This document shows, one piece after another, positions 39,978-49,410 of a stretch of 64,000 bases of DNA. Position 1 is the stretch's first letter, and each line of letters starts with the position of its first letter. Under the pieces are notes generated by a model. That model was not told the origin of the DNA. It worked only from the letters and a program-made list of their open reading frames with translations, and did not search any database. The stretch spans positions 23,580-87,579 of the forward strand of contig JABDKW010000008.1 of NCBI GenBank assembly GCA_013002025.1. The letters run 5' to 3'. This DNA is from Gammaproteobacteria bacterium (GTDB taxonomy: Bacteria > Pseudomonadota > Gammaproteobacteria > Arenicellales > Arenicellaceae). Position numbers and translations under genes: made by a program.

Positions 39978-40352
39978 ATGAAATTTCTCGATAAGTATCA
40001 GGAGCACACCTACGCAATGCTACGCATTATCACCGGATTTTTGTTTATCTGGCATGGCACCGTTAAACTGTTCAATTTTCCCGCTGATTTTCCGTATCCC
40101 CTGAATCCACTTATGTACGCTGCCGGCGGCATTGAAACTGTTGGTGGTGCATTGGTGATGATTGGTCTGTTTACCCGCCCTGCGGCCTTTATCTGCAGCG
40201 GCACCATGGCGGTCGCTTATTGGATGGTGCACGGCAGCAAAACATTCTGGCCGATAATAAACGAGGGCGAATTGGCGGTACTGTTTTGTTTCGCATTTTT
40301 ATATATCGCGGCGCGCGGCACAGGTATATGGGGCCTGAGTAAGAGTAGTTAG
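39978..40352 (+). CDS. DoxX family membrane protein
   Basis: 124 aa with 4 TM helices, LRIITGFLFIWHGTVKLF. Confidence 0.7.
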   Translation: MKFLDKYQEHTYAMLRIITGFLFIWHGTVKLFNFPADFPYPLNPLMYAAGGIETVGGALVMIGLFTRPAAFICSGTMAVAYWMVHGSKTFWPIINEGELAVLFCFAFLYIAARGTGIWGLSKSS

Positions 40353-40353
40353 T

Positions 40354-40797
40354 ATGCCTGCGTTGCTGGAAGTCGATCTCGATAGCCTGGCTTACAACAT
40401 GACCTTATTGTTGGTGGCATTCGTGCTGCCCATGCTGACTGCGTGGGACCGCGAGGCGGAGGCGCGCAGCGCCGGACTACGCACCTTTCCACTGGTATCG
40501 ATGGCGGCCTGTGCCTTTACCTTGCTGGCCATGCAGATTTTCAGCGAGGGCGGTGCGGAAGCACGAATATTGTCGGGCGTTATCACTGGCATCGGCTTTA
40601 TCGGCGGCGGCGCGATTTTGAAAAGTGATTCCAGTGTCAGCGGCGTGTCCACCGCCGCTGCCATCTGGAGTACCGGTGCGGTTGGCATGGCCGTGGGGCT
40701 GGGGCGCATTGAAATCGCCATTGCGCTCAGTCTGCTCACCTTCGCTACCTTCCGTGTATTTCGAAAGGCCAAGAAAAAAGTGAACGACGACGACTGA
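40354..40797 (+). CDS. MgtC/SapB family membrane protein
   Basis: GLRTFPLV...GVITGIGFIGGGAIL...GVSTAAAIW motifs. Confidence 0.75.
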   Translation: MPALLEVDLDSLAYNMTLLLVAFVLPMLTAWDREAEARSAGLRTFPLVSMAACAFTLLAMQIFSEGGAEARILSGVITGIGFIGGGAILKSDSSVSGVSTAAAIWSTGAVGMAVGLGRIEIAIALSLLTFATFRVFRKAKKKVNDDD

Positions 40798-40817
40798 GTC
40801 GGGGGTATCGCTCGGTT

Positions 40818-41777
40818 TTAGAACCAGTCTTTTTTCTTGAAATAAAGAACCATCAAGACGCAACAAACCACCATCACCAGACTGGCAAGGGCAAACCCCC
40901 ATGGACTGTCAACGCCCGGCAGGCCGCCTACATTCATGCCAAGCATGCCGGTAAGAAATGTTAACGGCAGGAATATTGCCGCCACCACAGACAGCACATA
41001 CATGCGCGTATTCTGCTGTTGCACCAGCTGACTTACAAAAGCCTCTTGCAACACCACGGCGCGTTCACGGGCCAGATCTAAATCTTCTAAATAACGGGAC
41101 ACCCGGTCTGACTCTTCGCGCAGACGTTGCCGGGTTTCGCTGCCAAGCACGCTCGTGTTGATATGATTGAGCCGGTCCAAGGCATCACGCTGCGGTGCCA
41201 GAAATCGGCGCACCCCGGCTATTTGTCGCCGCAGGTCACCCAGTCTGGTACGGAATTCGGTTGGATCACTGGTTTCCAGGCCATCTTCCGCATTGCCCAT
41301 ATCCTCCTCGATAGAGTTAACAAAATCGCCGATGCGATCCGCCATGCGTTCTACCAATTCGGTCAGGAAGCGGCCAGTGTCCGGTTTGACCCGGCGCGTG
41401 GCGATGGCCTCATGCAAATCCTGCACCGACAACAACCGATGACGGCGTACACTGATGATGCGATTTGCCTCAATCCAGATTCGCACTGACACCATGTCTT
41501 CGGCATTTTGCCCCGGGTTCATGTTGACGCCCCGCAAAATAATCAGAATTCCCTGCTCATTGGCCCAAGCGCGGGGCCGCGTTTCTGCGGCAGACAGGCC
41601 GTCAATAACCACCGGGTCGATTCCGCTTCTATTACGCAACCACTCCATGGAGTGATCGTTATTTAAATCAAGATGTGTCCAATGGGTCGCAGCGGGCTCG
41701 GGGCAGGGTGCGGTCAACGATTCAATCTCGCCATAAACTGTTTCGCTGAAATAGCAATTGTGCAGATAGTCATTCAT
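40818..41777 (-). CDS. zntB: CorA-superfamily divalent cation transporter (ZntB-like)
   Basis: 319 aa with two C-terminal TM helices and GMNVGGLPG. Confidence 0.8.
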   Translation of the reverse strand: MNDYLHNCYFSETVYGEIESLTAPCPEPAATHWTHLDLNNDHSMEWLRNRSGIDPVVIDGLSAAETRPRAWANEQGILIILRGVNMNPGQNAEDMVSVRIWIEANRIISVRRHRLLSVQDLHEAIATRRVKPDTGRFLTELVERMADRIGDFVNSIEEDMGNAEDGLETSDPTEFRTRLGDLRRQIAGVRRFLAPQRDALDRLNHINTSVLGSETRQRLREESDRVSRYLEDLDLARERAVVLQEAFVSQLVQQQNTRMYVLSVVAAIFLPLTFLTGMLGMNVGGLPGVDSPWGFALASLVMVVCCVLMVLYFKKKDWF

Positions 41778-41783
41778 CGATGA

Positions 41784-42668
41784 TCACCGATCGTCGTGCT
41801 CATCCGTCATGCTGATCTGCAAAGGCGAACTGGTATCCAGATGCACGTCGCGTTGCGGGAATGCGATGACAATGCCATGCTGGCTGAACAGCTCCGCGAT
41901 TTTAAAGCGTATATCGCTGCGTAGCGCACGCAGGGTTTTTTCGCCCATCACATCGGCCCAAAAATAGGTCTCAAAGACGATGGCGTTGTCACCAAAATCA
42001 TCCAGCACTACGACGACTTCCGGTTCAGGTTGTACCTCGGGATGTTCAACTACCGCCTGCATGATCAGGTCTCTGGTCAATTCAATATCAGACCCATAAG
42101 CTACCCCGACTCGCAGTGAAGTTCTCACCAAATGATCAATCAGTGTCCAGTTGGTGACAGTACTCTCCAGCAGCTTGCTGTTGGGCACCAGCATATGCAC
42201 ACCGTCGGTGCGAAAAACGCGAGTGGAACGAGTTCCCACCCGCTCTACCGTGCCATAAGCGCCATCGAGTTCAATAAAATCGCCCACGCGAATAGGCCGT
42301 TCGGCAATTAATATCCAGCCGCTGATAAAGTTATTAATAATATTTTGGGCACCGAACCCCAGCCCGATCGCTATGCCGCCGGTGGCAAAGGCGAAGGCAG
42401 TAAGGGGGATGCCCAGTAGCGCCAGCAGGGTCAGGGCGATCGCGATAAATATAACGTAAAAAGATATTCGCTTGATGGCCTGAACTGCATCGGGGCCCAA
42501 TGAAGTACCGGCCAGTCGCCTCGCTAGAATATGTTCGATGATCCGGCTGAATATGTATCCAGCAAGCATCAGGGTGATCAGGGCAACAATGAACCCTATG
42601 GTTACCGTCGTGCCACCTGGCGTGCTGAACAGCTCGTTATTCAGGAACGGTCGAATCGAATCAAGCAT
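41784..42668 (-). CDS. small-conductance mechanosensitive channel (MscS family)
   Basis: Three TM helices, then IRVGDFIELDGAYGTVERVGTRSTRVFRTDGVHMLVPNSKL. Confidence 0.85.
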   Translation of the reverse strand: MLDSIRPFLNNELFSTPGGTTVTIGFIVALITLMLAGYIFSRIIEHILARRLAGTSLGPDAVQAIKRISFYVIFIAIALTLLALLGIPLTAFAFATGGIAIGLGFGAQNIINNFISGWILIAERPIRVGDFIELDGAYGTVERVGTRSTRVFRTDGVHMLVPNSKLLESTVTNWTLIDHLVRTSLRVGVAYGSDIELTRDLIMQAVVEHPEVQPEPEVVVVLDDFGDNAIVFETYFWADVMGEKTLRALRSDIRFKIAELFSQHGIVIAFPQRDVHLDTSSPLQISMTDEHDDR

Positions 42669-42710
42669 GGCCTAAGCTTCTCACAGTCTGGGGCGTTCGC
42701 AAACACACAT

Positions 42711-44471
42711 TTACGCGCTATCGTCGTCGCCCGCGCGATGCACAGTTAACTGAGGGAACGGAATTCCCCATTCCTGTTCGTTGCAAACCTGTACAGCCGC
42801 CGTTTGCATGTCACGTTGAATGCGATTATAAAATCTCGCGGCAGCCGGTTTAAAGCGGGTGATCAACAGGTAATTCAGAGAGGAGTCACCGGCGCTGTGG
42901 AAGTCTACTTTGACCTCTTTTACAGAATCCGCATAGGGTTGCTTGGCGAAATAGTCCGTCAGGCCGGCTTTGAATTTTTCAGCCACATCGCTTACCGCCA
43001 GGCCCTGATGGATGTAGTCAATACCAAACAGGTTGGTCAGGCGAAAGTATTCGGATCGAGTGAGGTTGCGAAAACCCGCTGCGTAGTAATCCGCGCTTGG
43101 CATATAGCGCAGGCGTGAATTCAGGTCACGCAGTGTCACCTGCTCGGGCGATTGGCGCAGCACTTCCAGCGGGTTTTCATCCGCATCCAGCATCCAGTCA
43201 CCTTTAGAGCTCGGGAACCAGGCATCATCGCCGGCCGCCCGCGAGCGCAATCCGTCCAGTTCGGACAGTGGCAAACGCAACCCCCCGCTGAGCTCAGGAT
43301 TAGCCAGGCGGGTGTGCATTTTCAGCGACAACACTCTGTAAGGCACGCCGTTGTACATCAGCCGCTCGCGCTCCCGCACGTTCCCCATATTCAGCAATAA
43401 ACGACTCTCGGCAATATATCGGGGCAACAAATTCTTCAATGCCAGCGCCGCGCCAACGAAGACGATCATCACAATTGCCAGCAATAATAGGTCCTGTCGA
43501 AAATACAGCACCATAACGACACCAACTGCCACCATCAGCATCATAAACAGCCGGTAGCCATAGGCGGCAAGCCGATAGCGCACCTTCAACTCCTGGTCCT
43601 TGGTTTTGCTGGAAAAACGCCGGAACAGTTTTAGAATACTCGTCAATAACACCCAAATCAGCACAGCTACCAGCACCACCAGCACCAGGGTCAGACCGCG
43701 CCCGGTCGCAAAGTTCTGCAGACTCGTGGTGATGGTTTCAACCCAATCAATATTCTTGCCTTCCAGGCTGGCCAACTGAAATTGCGCCAATTGAATTTCC
43801 CGCGCCAGATCTTCGCGGCGTTGTTGCCAGCTTTGTTGAATTTCCTCGAGCTTGTTCTTCACGGCTCGCGACTGTGCTTCATTGATGAGTTGCGCCACTG
43901 ACTGCAGCGCTTCCAGTGAGGCCATCTCACCGGCCTGCTTCTCGTCGATTACGCGGCGCAGGCTTTCGATCTGGCGTGGTTTTTCCGTAAGCCCTTTCAG
44001 ATTTTCCAGCACTGGCTTAACCACCAGAATGAGCTCTTCACGCCAGTCAAACTTCTTTTCTTCAACCCCGAGAACACTTAAGTCGATGCCGCCAATGGCG
44101 ATCTGTTCAAAGGTTTTCTCCAGCAACTCAATTTCGGTGTTAAGTTCTTCCAGCGAGGCGCTAAGTTCTTCGCTGGCAGAATCGCTTGCGCGTTTTATCT
44201 GCAAGCGTAATTCGCGTCGCTGCGATACTTTTTCGCGCAGTGACTGCTGAATATCACGCAACTGTTCTATTGCCTCCAGTTGCTGTTGTTGTTCTTCTGC
44301 CGCTGCGATGGCTTGTTCCAGCGCTTCGCCTTCCAGCGGCTGGCTGACCGGCGCAGCATTCTCGCCAGCCTGAGCAGAGTCGCCTGCTTGGGTATTGACG
44401 TCTGTTTGCGCATTTACCCCGGTGCTGATCAGCAGGGCGACAACGGACAGTATTAATAGTGGGTTTTTCAT
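42711..44471 (-). CDS. large membrane protein with a periplasmic coiled coil, possibly a divergent MscS/MscK-like channel subunit
   Basis: Signal peptide, a ~250-aa Q/E-rich coiled coil, three TM helices and a C-terminal domain. The post-TM segment (LLLNMGNVRERERLMYNGVPYRVLSLKMHTRL) only loosely resembles the MscS beta domain. Confidence 0.4.
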   Translation of the reverse strand: MKNPLLILSVVALLISTGVNAQTDVNTQAGDSAQAGENAAPVSQPLEGEALEQAIAAAEEQQQQLEAIEQLRDIQQSLREKVSQRRELRLQIKRASDSASEELSASLEELNTEIELLEKTFEQIAIGGIDLSVLGVEEKKFDWREELILVVKPVLENLKGLTEKPRQIESLRRVIDEKQAGEMASLEALQSVAQLINEAQSRAVKNKLEEIQQSWQQRREDLAREIQLAQFQLASLEGKNIDWVETITTSLQNFATGRGLTLVLVVLVAVLIWVLLTSILKLFRRFSSKTKDQELKVRYRLAAYGYRLFMMLMVAVGVVMVLYFRQDLLLLAIVMIVFVGAALALKNLLPRYIAESRLLLNMGNVRERERLMYNGVPYRVLSLKMHTRLANPELSGGLRLPLSELDGLRSRAAGDDAWFPSSKGDWMLDADENPLEVLRQSPEQVTLRDLNSRLRYMPSADYYAAGFRNLTRSEYFRLTNLFGIDYIHQGLAVSDVAEKFKAGLTDYFAKQPYADSVKEVKVDFHSAGDSSLNYLLITRFKPAAARFYNRIQRDMQTAAVQVCNEQEWGIPFPQLTVHRAGDDDSA

Positions 44472-44594
44472 AGTCTTGAAAATGATCAAAAAGTCAGTTT
44501 AACAACGCATATAGAAGGCCCTGTGAGGTTCGAGTAGTCACTTTTCAGGAAACCCTCTATGCAGCAACTGCGAAACGCTAAAAATAAAAGCGGC

Positions 44595-46394
44595 TCACGC
44601 GGCCTCTTCATTGTTAGCCGGGCTGACATAAAACAGTTTGCTGCCGTCTGCTGGGTCGAGCGGTGTATTTATGGTTTCGAACTCCATGTCCCCGTCCGGT
44701 TCAATACAAAATAATGCGATCGCGCCTGGGTTGTCTTCTCGCCAGCGTGCAAAGCTGTAATTTTCGTTCACCTCTGTTATGCGAATGCCGGCACCATCGT
44801 TTAGCAACTTTTTGAAACTCAGATAAGTGTGCTCGGTTCCGAACAGAATTCGCCCGCTATTCTGGGCGCTGGCAATATGTTTGTGTAGCCGGTCAGGAGA
44901 TTGGTTCGGTGCCAATACATAGACCTGATTGCCGCCAAACTCGCCACGAAAACGCGCAGCCTGCGTTACGTTATACTCGTGATGATTAGAGAGGCCGAGT
45001 AACGAACCGTAGGGCGCGATGTCAAGATGATAACCGGCATGATCGGAGCTGGGATTGCCATAATAAGTGTTCAAGCCAGCCAGCCGCGCTGCGCTTAAAC
45101 TATCCCAGTTGGTGTCACAAATCAGTGATTCAACATTTTCTTTCTTCAGTGCTTCGGCGATCTGAATGGAAAAGGGGTTGGCGCCGACAATAAGTACCCC
45201 ATGGGTTTCAGGCTGGGCGACATCGAGCAGTTTTGCCACTGATCGTGCGGTCAGGCTTTGTAATACCACGGTGCCGATGATAATCATAAATGCCAGCGGC
45301 ACAATCGACTCAGCGCCCTCGAACCCCAGTTCCTGCAGACGCAGGGCAAAGACGGCGGAAACGGCTGCGGCGACGATGCCGCGTGGGCCGATCCAGGCCA
45401 CCATGGCGCGCTCACGCCAGCTGAAGTCTGACCCGATAAAGCTGGCCGCTACCTTTAAGGGCCGGGCTATGAACTGCATCACCAACAGCACCGCAAACGC
45501 ACTGAGGCCAATCGCGCTCAGTGCGGCAAAGTCCAGCCGCGCCGCCAAAACGATAAACAATCCAGAGATAAAGACCACGGTCAGGTCTTCTTTAAAGTCC
45601 AGAATCGAGTGCACATGTACATCCCGCATATTGGCCAGCAGCATACCCATAACGGTAACTGCCAATAGGCCTGATTCATGCGTTATGGTGTCGGACAGCG
45701 CATAGGCGAAACAGACTAGCGACAGGGATGCAAAGTTGTGCAGCGCCTCCGGGATATGATGGTTGCGCAGCAACAAGCCGAACAGGTAACCCAGTATCAG
45801 ACCGATGAGCAAACCTGTAAGGACCGTGGCGCCGAACACATAAAAGACGGTTCCGAAACCAGAGGTGGATTGCTGCACTACAATCCACTCGAAAAACAGT
45901 ACTGCGATTAGGGCTCCAATGGGGTCGATAACGATGCCTTCCCAGCGTAGGACATCGGCAATGCGCGGGTTGGGCCGCACCGTTTTCAGCATGGGCATTA
46001 TCACGGTAGGGCCGGTGACCACCATGATGGCGCCGAATAGAAACGACAACAGCCAGCTAAGCCCAACCAGATAATGGGTGGCAACGGCGACTATCAGGCC
46101 GTTTATCACAACGCCGATGGTGACCATATTGCGCACTGGCCGGCCAATGGAACTGAGCTGATTGCGGCGCAGCGTGAGGGCACCCTCGAACAGGATTACC
46201 GCGACCGACAACGAAATATAAGGGAACAGCAAATCGCCAAACAGGGCATCCGGATCGAGCGTACCGGTCACGGGGCCCAGCAGGATTCCAGTGAGCAGCA
46301 AAAACAGAATCGCGGGCAATCGCACCCAGGCCGCTAGCCACTGGCAGGCAAAACCAAGCAGGCCAATTAAGCCGAGTAGGAGGAGTGAGCTCAT
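44595..46394 (-). CDS. CPA1-family Na+(K+)/H+ antiporter (NhaP2/CvrA-like)
   Basis: 599 aa with ~12 TM helices and a C-terminal soluble regulatory domain. Confidence 0.85.
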   Translation of the reverse strand: MSSLLLLGLIGLLGFACQWLAAWVRLPAILFLLLTGILLGPVTGTLDPDALFGDLLFPYISLSVAVILFEGALTLRRNQLSSIGRPVRNMVTIGVVINGLIVAVATHYLVGLSWLLSFLFGAIMVVTGPTVIMPMLKTVRPNPRIADVLRWEGIVIDPIGALIAVLFFEWIVVQQSTSGFGTVFYVFGATVLTGLLIGLILGYLFGLLLRNHHIPEALHNFASLSLVCFAYALSDTITHESGLLAVTVMGMLLANMRDVHVHSILDFKEDLTVVFISGLFIVLAARLDFAALSAIGLSAFAVLLVMQFIARPLKVAASFIGSDFSWRERAMVAWIGPRGIVAAAVSAVFALRLQELGFEGAESIVPLAFMIIIGTVVLQSLTARSVAKLLDVAQPETHGVLIVGANPFSIQIAEALKKENVESLICDTNWDSLSAARLAGLNTYYGNPSSDHAGYHLDIAPYGSLLGLSNHHEYNVTQAARFRGEFGGNQVYVLAPNQSPDRLHKHIASAQNSGRILFGTEHTYLSFKKLLNDGAGIRITEVNENYSFARWREDNPGAIALFCIEPDGDMEFETINTPLDPADGSKLFYVSPANNEEAA

Positions 46395-46491
46395 ATTTGG
46401 ATGGTGGCAGGTAATCTAAGCGGCCACTATAGCTTGCGTAGCTGCGGTGGACAATCGGCAAAATAAATCCTTGATGCATAAGAGTTGTATA

Positions 46492-46759
46492 TGAGAGTGA
46501 GCCGATGGGTGATGCCTGGACTATTCGTCGCATCCTTGCGACTCACCCCTTCGGGGCTGCCTTCGGCAGTTCAGGCGTGGGACAGGGAGGTGCCGTTTAC
46601 AGACCGAAGGATGGAAAAATGTTCCGGGTGATTTTGAGAGTGAGCCGATGGGTGATGCCTGGACTATTCGTCGCATCCTTGCGACTCACCCCTTCGGGGC
46701 TGCCTTCGGCAGTTCAGGCGTGGCACAGGGAGGTGCCGTTTACAGACCGAAGGATGGAA
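46492..46759. repeat. tandem direct duplication of a 125-bp hairpin-rich element (copies 46492-46616 and 46635-46759, 18-bp spacer)
   Basis: The copies are identical except G46581 versus C46724. Each has several stem-loops, including C(UUCG)G and GGCAC-AGGGAG-GUGCC when read on the plus strand. Confidence 0.9.
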
Positions 46760-46814
46760 TTTCGCTCCTGGCGAAATTGTCGAACGGCTGGTTGAGTCTA
46801 ATAGACACGACCAT

Positions 46815-46850
46815 AAAAAACGAAGCCCGCTGGAGCGGGCTTGTTATTTA
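46815..46850. terminator. bidirectional hairpin terminator, probably the original terminator of the tRNA now displaced by the island
   Basis: AAGCCCGC-TGGA-GCGGGCTT hairpin (46823-46842). A6 lies on the left, giving a T-run on the minus strand, and TTGTTATTT lies on the right. Confidence 0.6.
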
Positions 46851-46898
46851 TGGTGGGCCCACCTGGACTCGAACCAGGGACCAATGGATTATGAGTCC
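46851..46898. repeat. att repeat: orphan copy of the 3' 48 nt of tRNA(CAU)
   Basis: Perfect 48/48 match to 57181-57228. Confidence 0.9.
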
Positions 46899-47017
46899 TT
46901 TGTATTTCGGTTTTACTAGGTTTAACAGAGCTAGACGGATAATAAATAAATCATGTAAAACAGTGATATAAAGTGTTTTTGCCATGAATGCAGCTTAATC
47001 GAGATTGATGTAGAATA

Positions 47018-47034
47018 GTGACCTATTCGTGACC
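47018..47034. repeat. 17-bp motif GTGACCTATTCGTGACC (copy 1), candidate integrase arm-type site
   Basis: An identical copy lies at 57107-57123. Each copy contains GTGACC twice, 11 bp apart. Confidence 0.6.
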
Positions 47035-47050
47035 TAGGATTATTATCAAA

Positions 47051-48325
47051 ATGAGCAAGCCATTACATTTCTACAAAAAGGCCCTTGATGACTTACCGGC
47101 CGCTTCGAAAGGCAAGCGTGCTTACTACCTGGACTCTAATAAGAAATCTGGAGATATAAAGGGCTTTGGGTTGGTGGTTAATGACAAGGGCAAGAAGCAC
47201 TTTCTTTTGACCCAATACTTCAAGCGAGATAAACGAACCGTGAGACTTCGTTGCGGAGAATGGCCGCATAGCACAATCGATGCCGCCCGAAAAAAGGCGA
47301 GAGGATTCCAAATAGATTTATCGAATGGAATCCATCCCACTGAGCAGCGCAATAAGGATCACCTTGCAGACCAGAAGCGGAAACAGAACCAGCGCGCTCG
47401 CACTGTGACACTAGCTGAAGTATTAGAGAAATATCTTTCAGATAGAGATTTAAAAGCGAGTACCGTTGCAGATTACAAGAAGGTGATTTTAGAGGTTTGG
47501 CGAGACTGGATGGATAAGCCTTTAATTCAGATTGATGAAAAGCTAGTGAAGGACCGATATCGCAATCGATTGAAAGAAAGCAAGGCTAGAGCAAATTACA
47601 ACATGAGAGTATTGAGAGCGTTATTTAATTTCGCGCGCGAAGATATCAAACATACCGATGGTACAACCATATTTGAAAGAAACCCCGTGGATGTAATATC
47701 CAAGAAAAAAGGTTGGCACAAAGTTGAACCGAGGGACACCAAACTTAGTAATAGTGATTTTGGGAAATGGCTTGATGCGCTGGATACCATAGAGAGCAAG
47801 GTATCGGCAGCATATCTAAAATTCCTGTTATTCACTGGCACGAGAAGGAGCGAGGCGGCTAGACTACTGGTTGAAGATGTTGATCTTGAAAATAAGCGGT
47901 TCACACTTCGAAACACTAAGAATGGCCGCGACGTAACTCTACCAATGTCGGATTATGTGAAGAATGCTCTTTTGGAGATTAGGTCTGAGAGTAAGTGGGT
48001 TTTTCCGTCACCCGTTAATGACAATCACCTGAAGGACCCACGAAAGGCGATAAATCGGGTGGCTGAGCTCTCTGGAAAGAATTTTACTTTGCATGATCTT
48101 CGGCGGACGTTTATTAATTGCGCCGTACGTGAAAATATAACGCTGCCTACAATAAAGGCACTGGCGAACCATAAAGAGCACGATATCACAGGGATATATG
48201 CTGGCATGAAAACTGATATTGATCAGATGGAGAAAGCCACAGAACAAGTAACTTCATATATCCTTTCAAAGGCGTATCCAGAAGAGGGCTCAGTAGTGGC
48301 GTTTAGGTCGCGTGTAAAGAGTTAG
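47051..48325 (+). CDS. int: tyrosine-type site-specific integrase (P4-like, DUF4102 N-terminus)
   Basis: 424 aa with catalytic-region motifs TGTRRSE, TLHDLRRTF and HKEHDITGIY. Confidence 0.9.
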   Translation: MSKPLHFYKKALDDLPAASKGKRAYYLDSNKKSGDIKGFGLVVNDKGKKHFLLTQYFKRDKRTVRLRCGEWPHSTIDAARKKARGFQIDLSNGIHPTEQRNKDHLADQKRKQNQRARTVTLAEVLEKYLSDRDLKASTVADYKKVILEVWRDWMDKPLIQIDEKLVKDRYRNRLKESKARANYNMRVLRALFNFAREDIKHTDGTTIFERNPVDVISKKKGWHKVEPRDTKLSNSDFGKWLDALDTIESKVSAAYLKFLLFTGTRRSEAARLLVEDVDLENKRFTLRNTKNGRDVTLPMSDYVKNALLEIRSESKWVFPSPVNDNHLKDPRKAINRVAELSGKNFTLHDLRRTFINCAVRENITLPTIKALANHKEHDITGIYAGMKTDIDQMEKATEQVTSYILSKAYPEEGSVVAFRSRVKS

Positions 48326-48424
48326 CAATATTAAAAAAAGGGAGAGATTAAGTTGTGGTTGAGATTGCTAAATAACGATCTTTGTTATATTTCGATTTAC
48401 TTAACCAATTGAGGTTGGCAGGCG

Positions 48425-49042
48425 GTGGCAGAGGCAGAACAAGAACGGAGTACAGATTATCCTGACGAACGTAAGGCGGTTAAGGACGTTCTAGAAAATT
48501 ATTTGGAGGACAATCTGCTTATAGAGCAGGTTGTAGAATCCATATTTAAGGATATGGACCTCACACTCGGTAAGAAGAAAGCCTCTAGTGATGGCAAGGC
48601 CACTCGGAGACTGATGCAAGAATACACTCGAGAAGCCGAGCGTTTCCAAGAGGCAGTCGTGAGCATTCGCAAGGCTTGTCAAAATTCACTAAATGATGGG
48701 CTCTCGGTGGTCGGCTCTACTCTGCGAAAAGAATTAAACAAGCAAGGATCATCTATCGAAGAAGTAGGAAAAGTGTTGGCCGCTTTTGATGCCACGGCTC
48801 AGTTGGATGATCAACATACGAGAGATTGGATTGAAGATACGAAAGACGCCAGCAACGATATGACAGGCAAAATGTCCGTTGCACGCGACATTGCGGACTT
48901 GGTTCGCTCGGCATTAAACGAGAATCAACAGAAAACTGCGAAACTGATTTGCGAGATATTTGAGGCATTAGGCTCGCCGATGACCAGTGTGGATAGCGTG
49001 CGAGGGACTGTCCGAAGTCACTGGATAAAAAAGCACGCCTAA
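48425..49042 (+). CDS. hypothetical protein
   Basis: 205 aa, acidic and helical, with a GTG start and no recognisable family. Confidence 0.4.
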   Translation: MAEAEQERSTDYPDERKAVKDVLENYLEDNLLIEQVVESIFKDMDLTLGKKKASSDGKATRRLMQEYTREAERFQEAVVSIRKACQNSLNDGLSVVGSTLRKELNKQGSSIEEVGKVLAAFDATAQLDDQHTRDWIEDTKDASNDMTGKMSVARDIADLVRSALNENQQKTAKLICEIFEALGSPMTSVDSVRGTVRSHWIKKHA

Positions 49043-49158
49043 AGGACATTCCGCCAAATTTGTAAGGAACGAAATTTAAAAAATAGCGATTTTTACACCC
49101 CCTGTCTGCTCTTTAAAATTCGGGTTTATCATTAACAAACCCCCATCGAGACAGACCC

Positions 49159-49410
49159 ATGATTAGTGAGTTAGACCTTCTAAACGACACGGCGCGAGCA
49201 TTGCAGGTGCCCGTAGAAAGCTTGCCAGCAAACCTCACGGACCATCAAATCGAAAAATCATTCGACCTTGCCGACGGCACTGTACCTGTCAAAAGGTCTC
49301 GGGGCGATTGGCCTATTCCAAGTTATAAAGTTGGGAGATCAAGGAGAACACCACTAAGCGCGATCATCGCCTTTAAGTTGAAGCAGCTAAATTCCGAGGT
49401 GAGCAAATGA
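49159..49410 (+). CDS. small hypothetical protein, possibly an excisionase/regulator
   Basis: 83 aa, located between int and the primase, where AlpA/Xis-like genes usually sit. It has no clear HTH match. Confidence 0.3.
   Translation: MISELDLLNDTARALQVPVESLPANLTDHQIEKSFDLADGTVPVKRSRGDWPIPSYKVGRSRRTPLSAIIAFKLKQLNSEVSK

Noticed and set aside
46721-46737. Sigma-54 promoter-like TGGCAC-N-GTGC in repeat copy 2.
   Set aside because: The GG-to-GC spacing is 12 rather than 11. Copy 1 has TGGGAC instead. The sequence is better explained as a hairpin.
46492-46759. CRISPR array interpretation of the tandem repeat.
   Set aside because: There are only two copies, the repeat is 125 bp with an 18-bp spacer, and no cas genes are present.
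46505-46971. Two ORFs (96 and 107 aa) starting MGDAWTIRRILATHPFGAAFGSSGV...
   Set aside because: They are the same tandem repeat read in frame. Their composition is not protein-like, the DNA is hairpin-dense, and the second ORF runs through the terminator and the att site.
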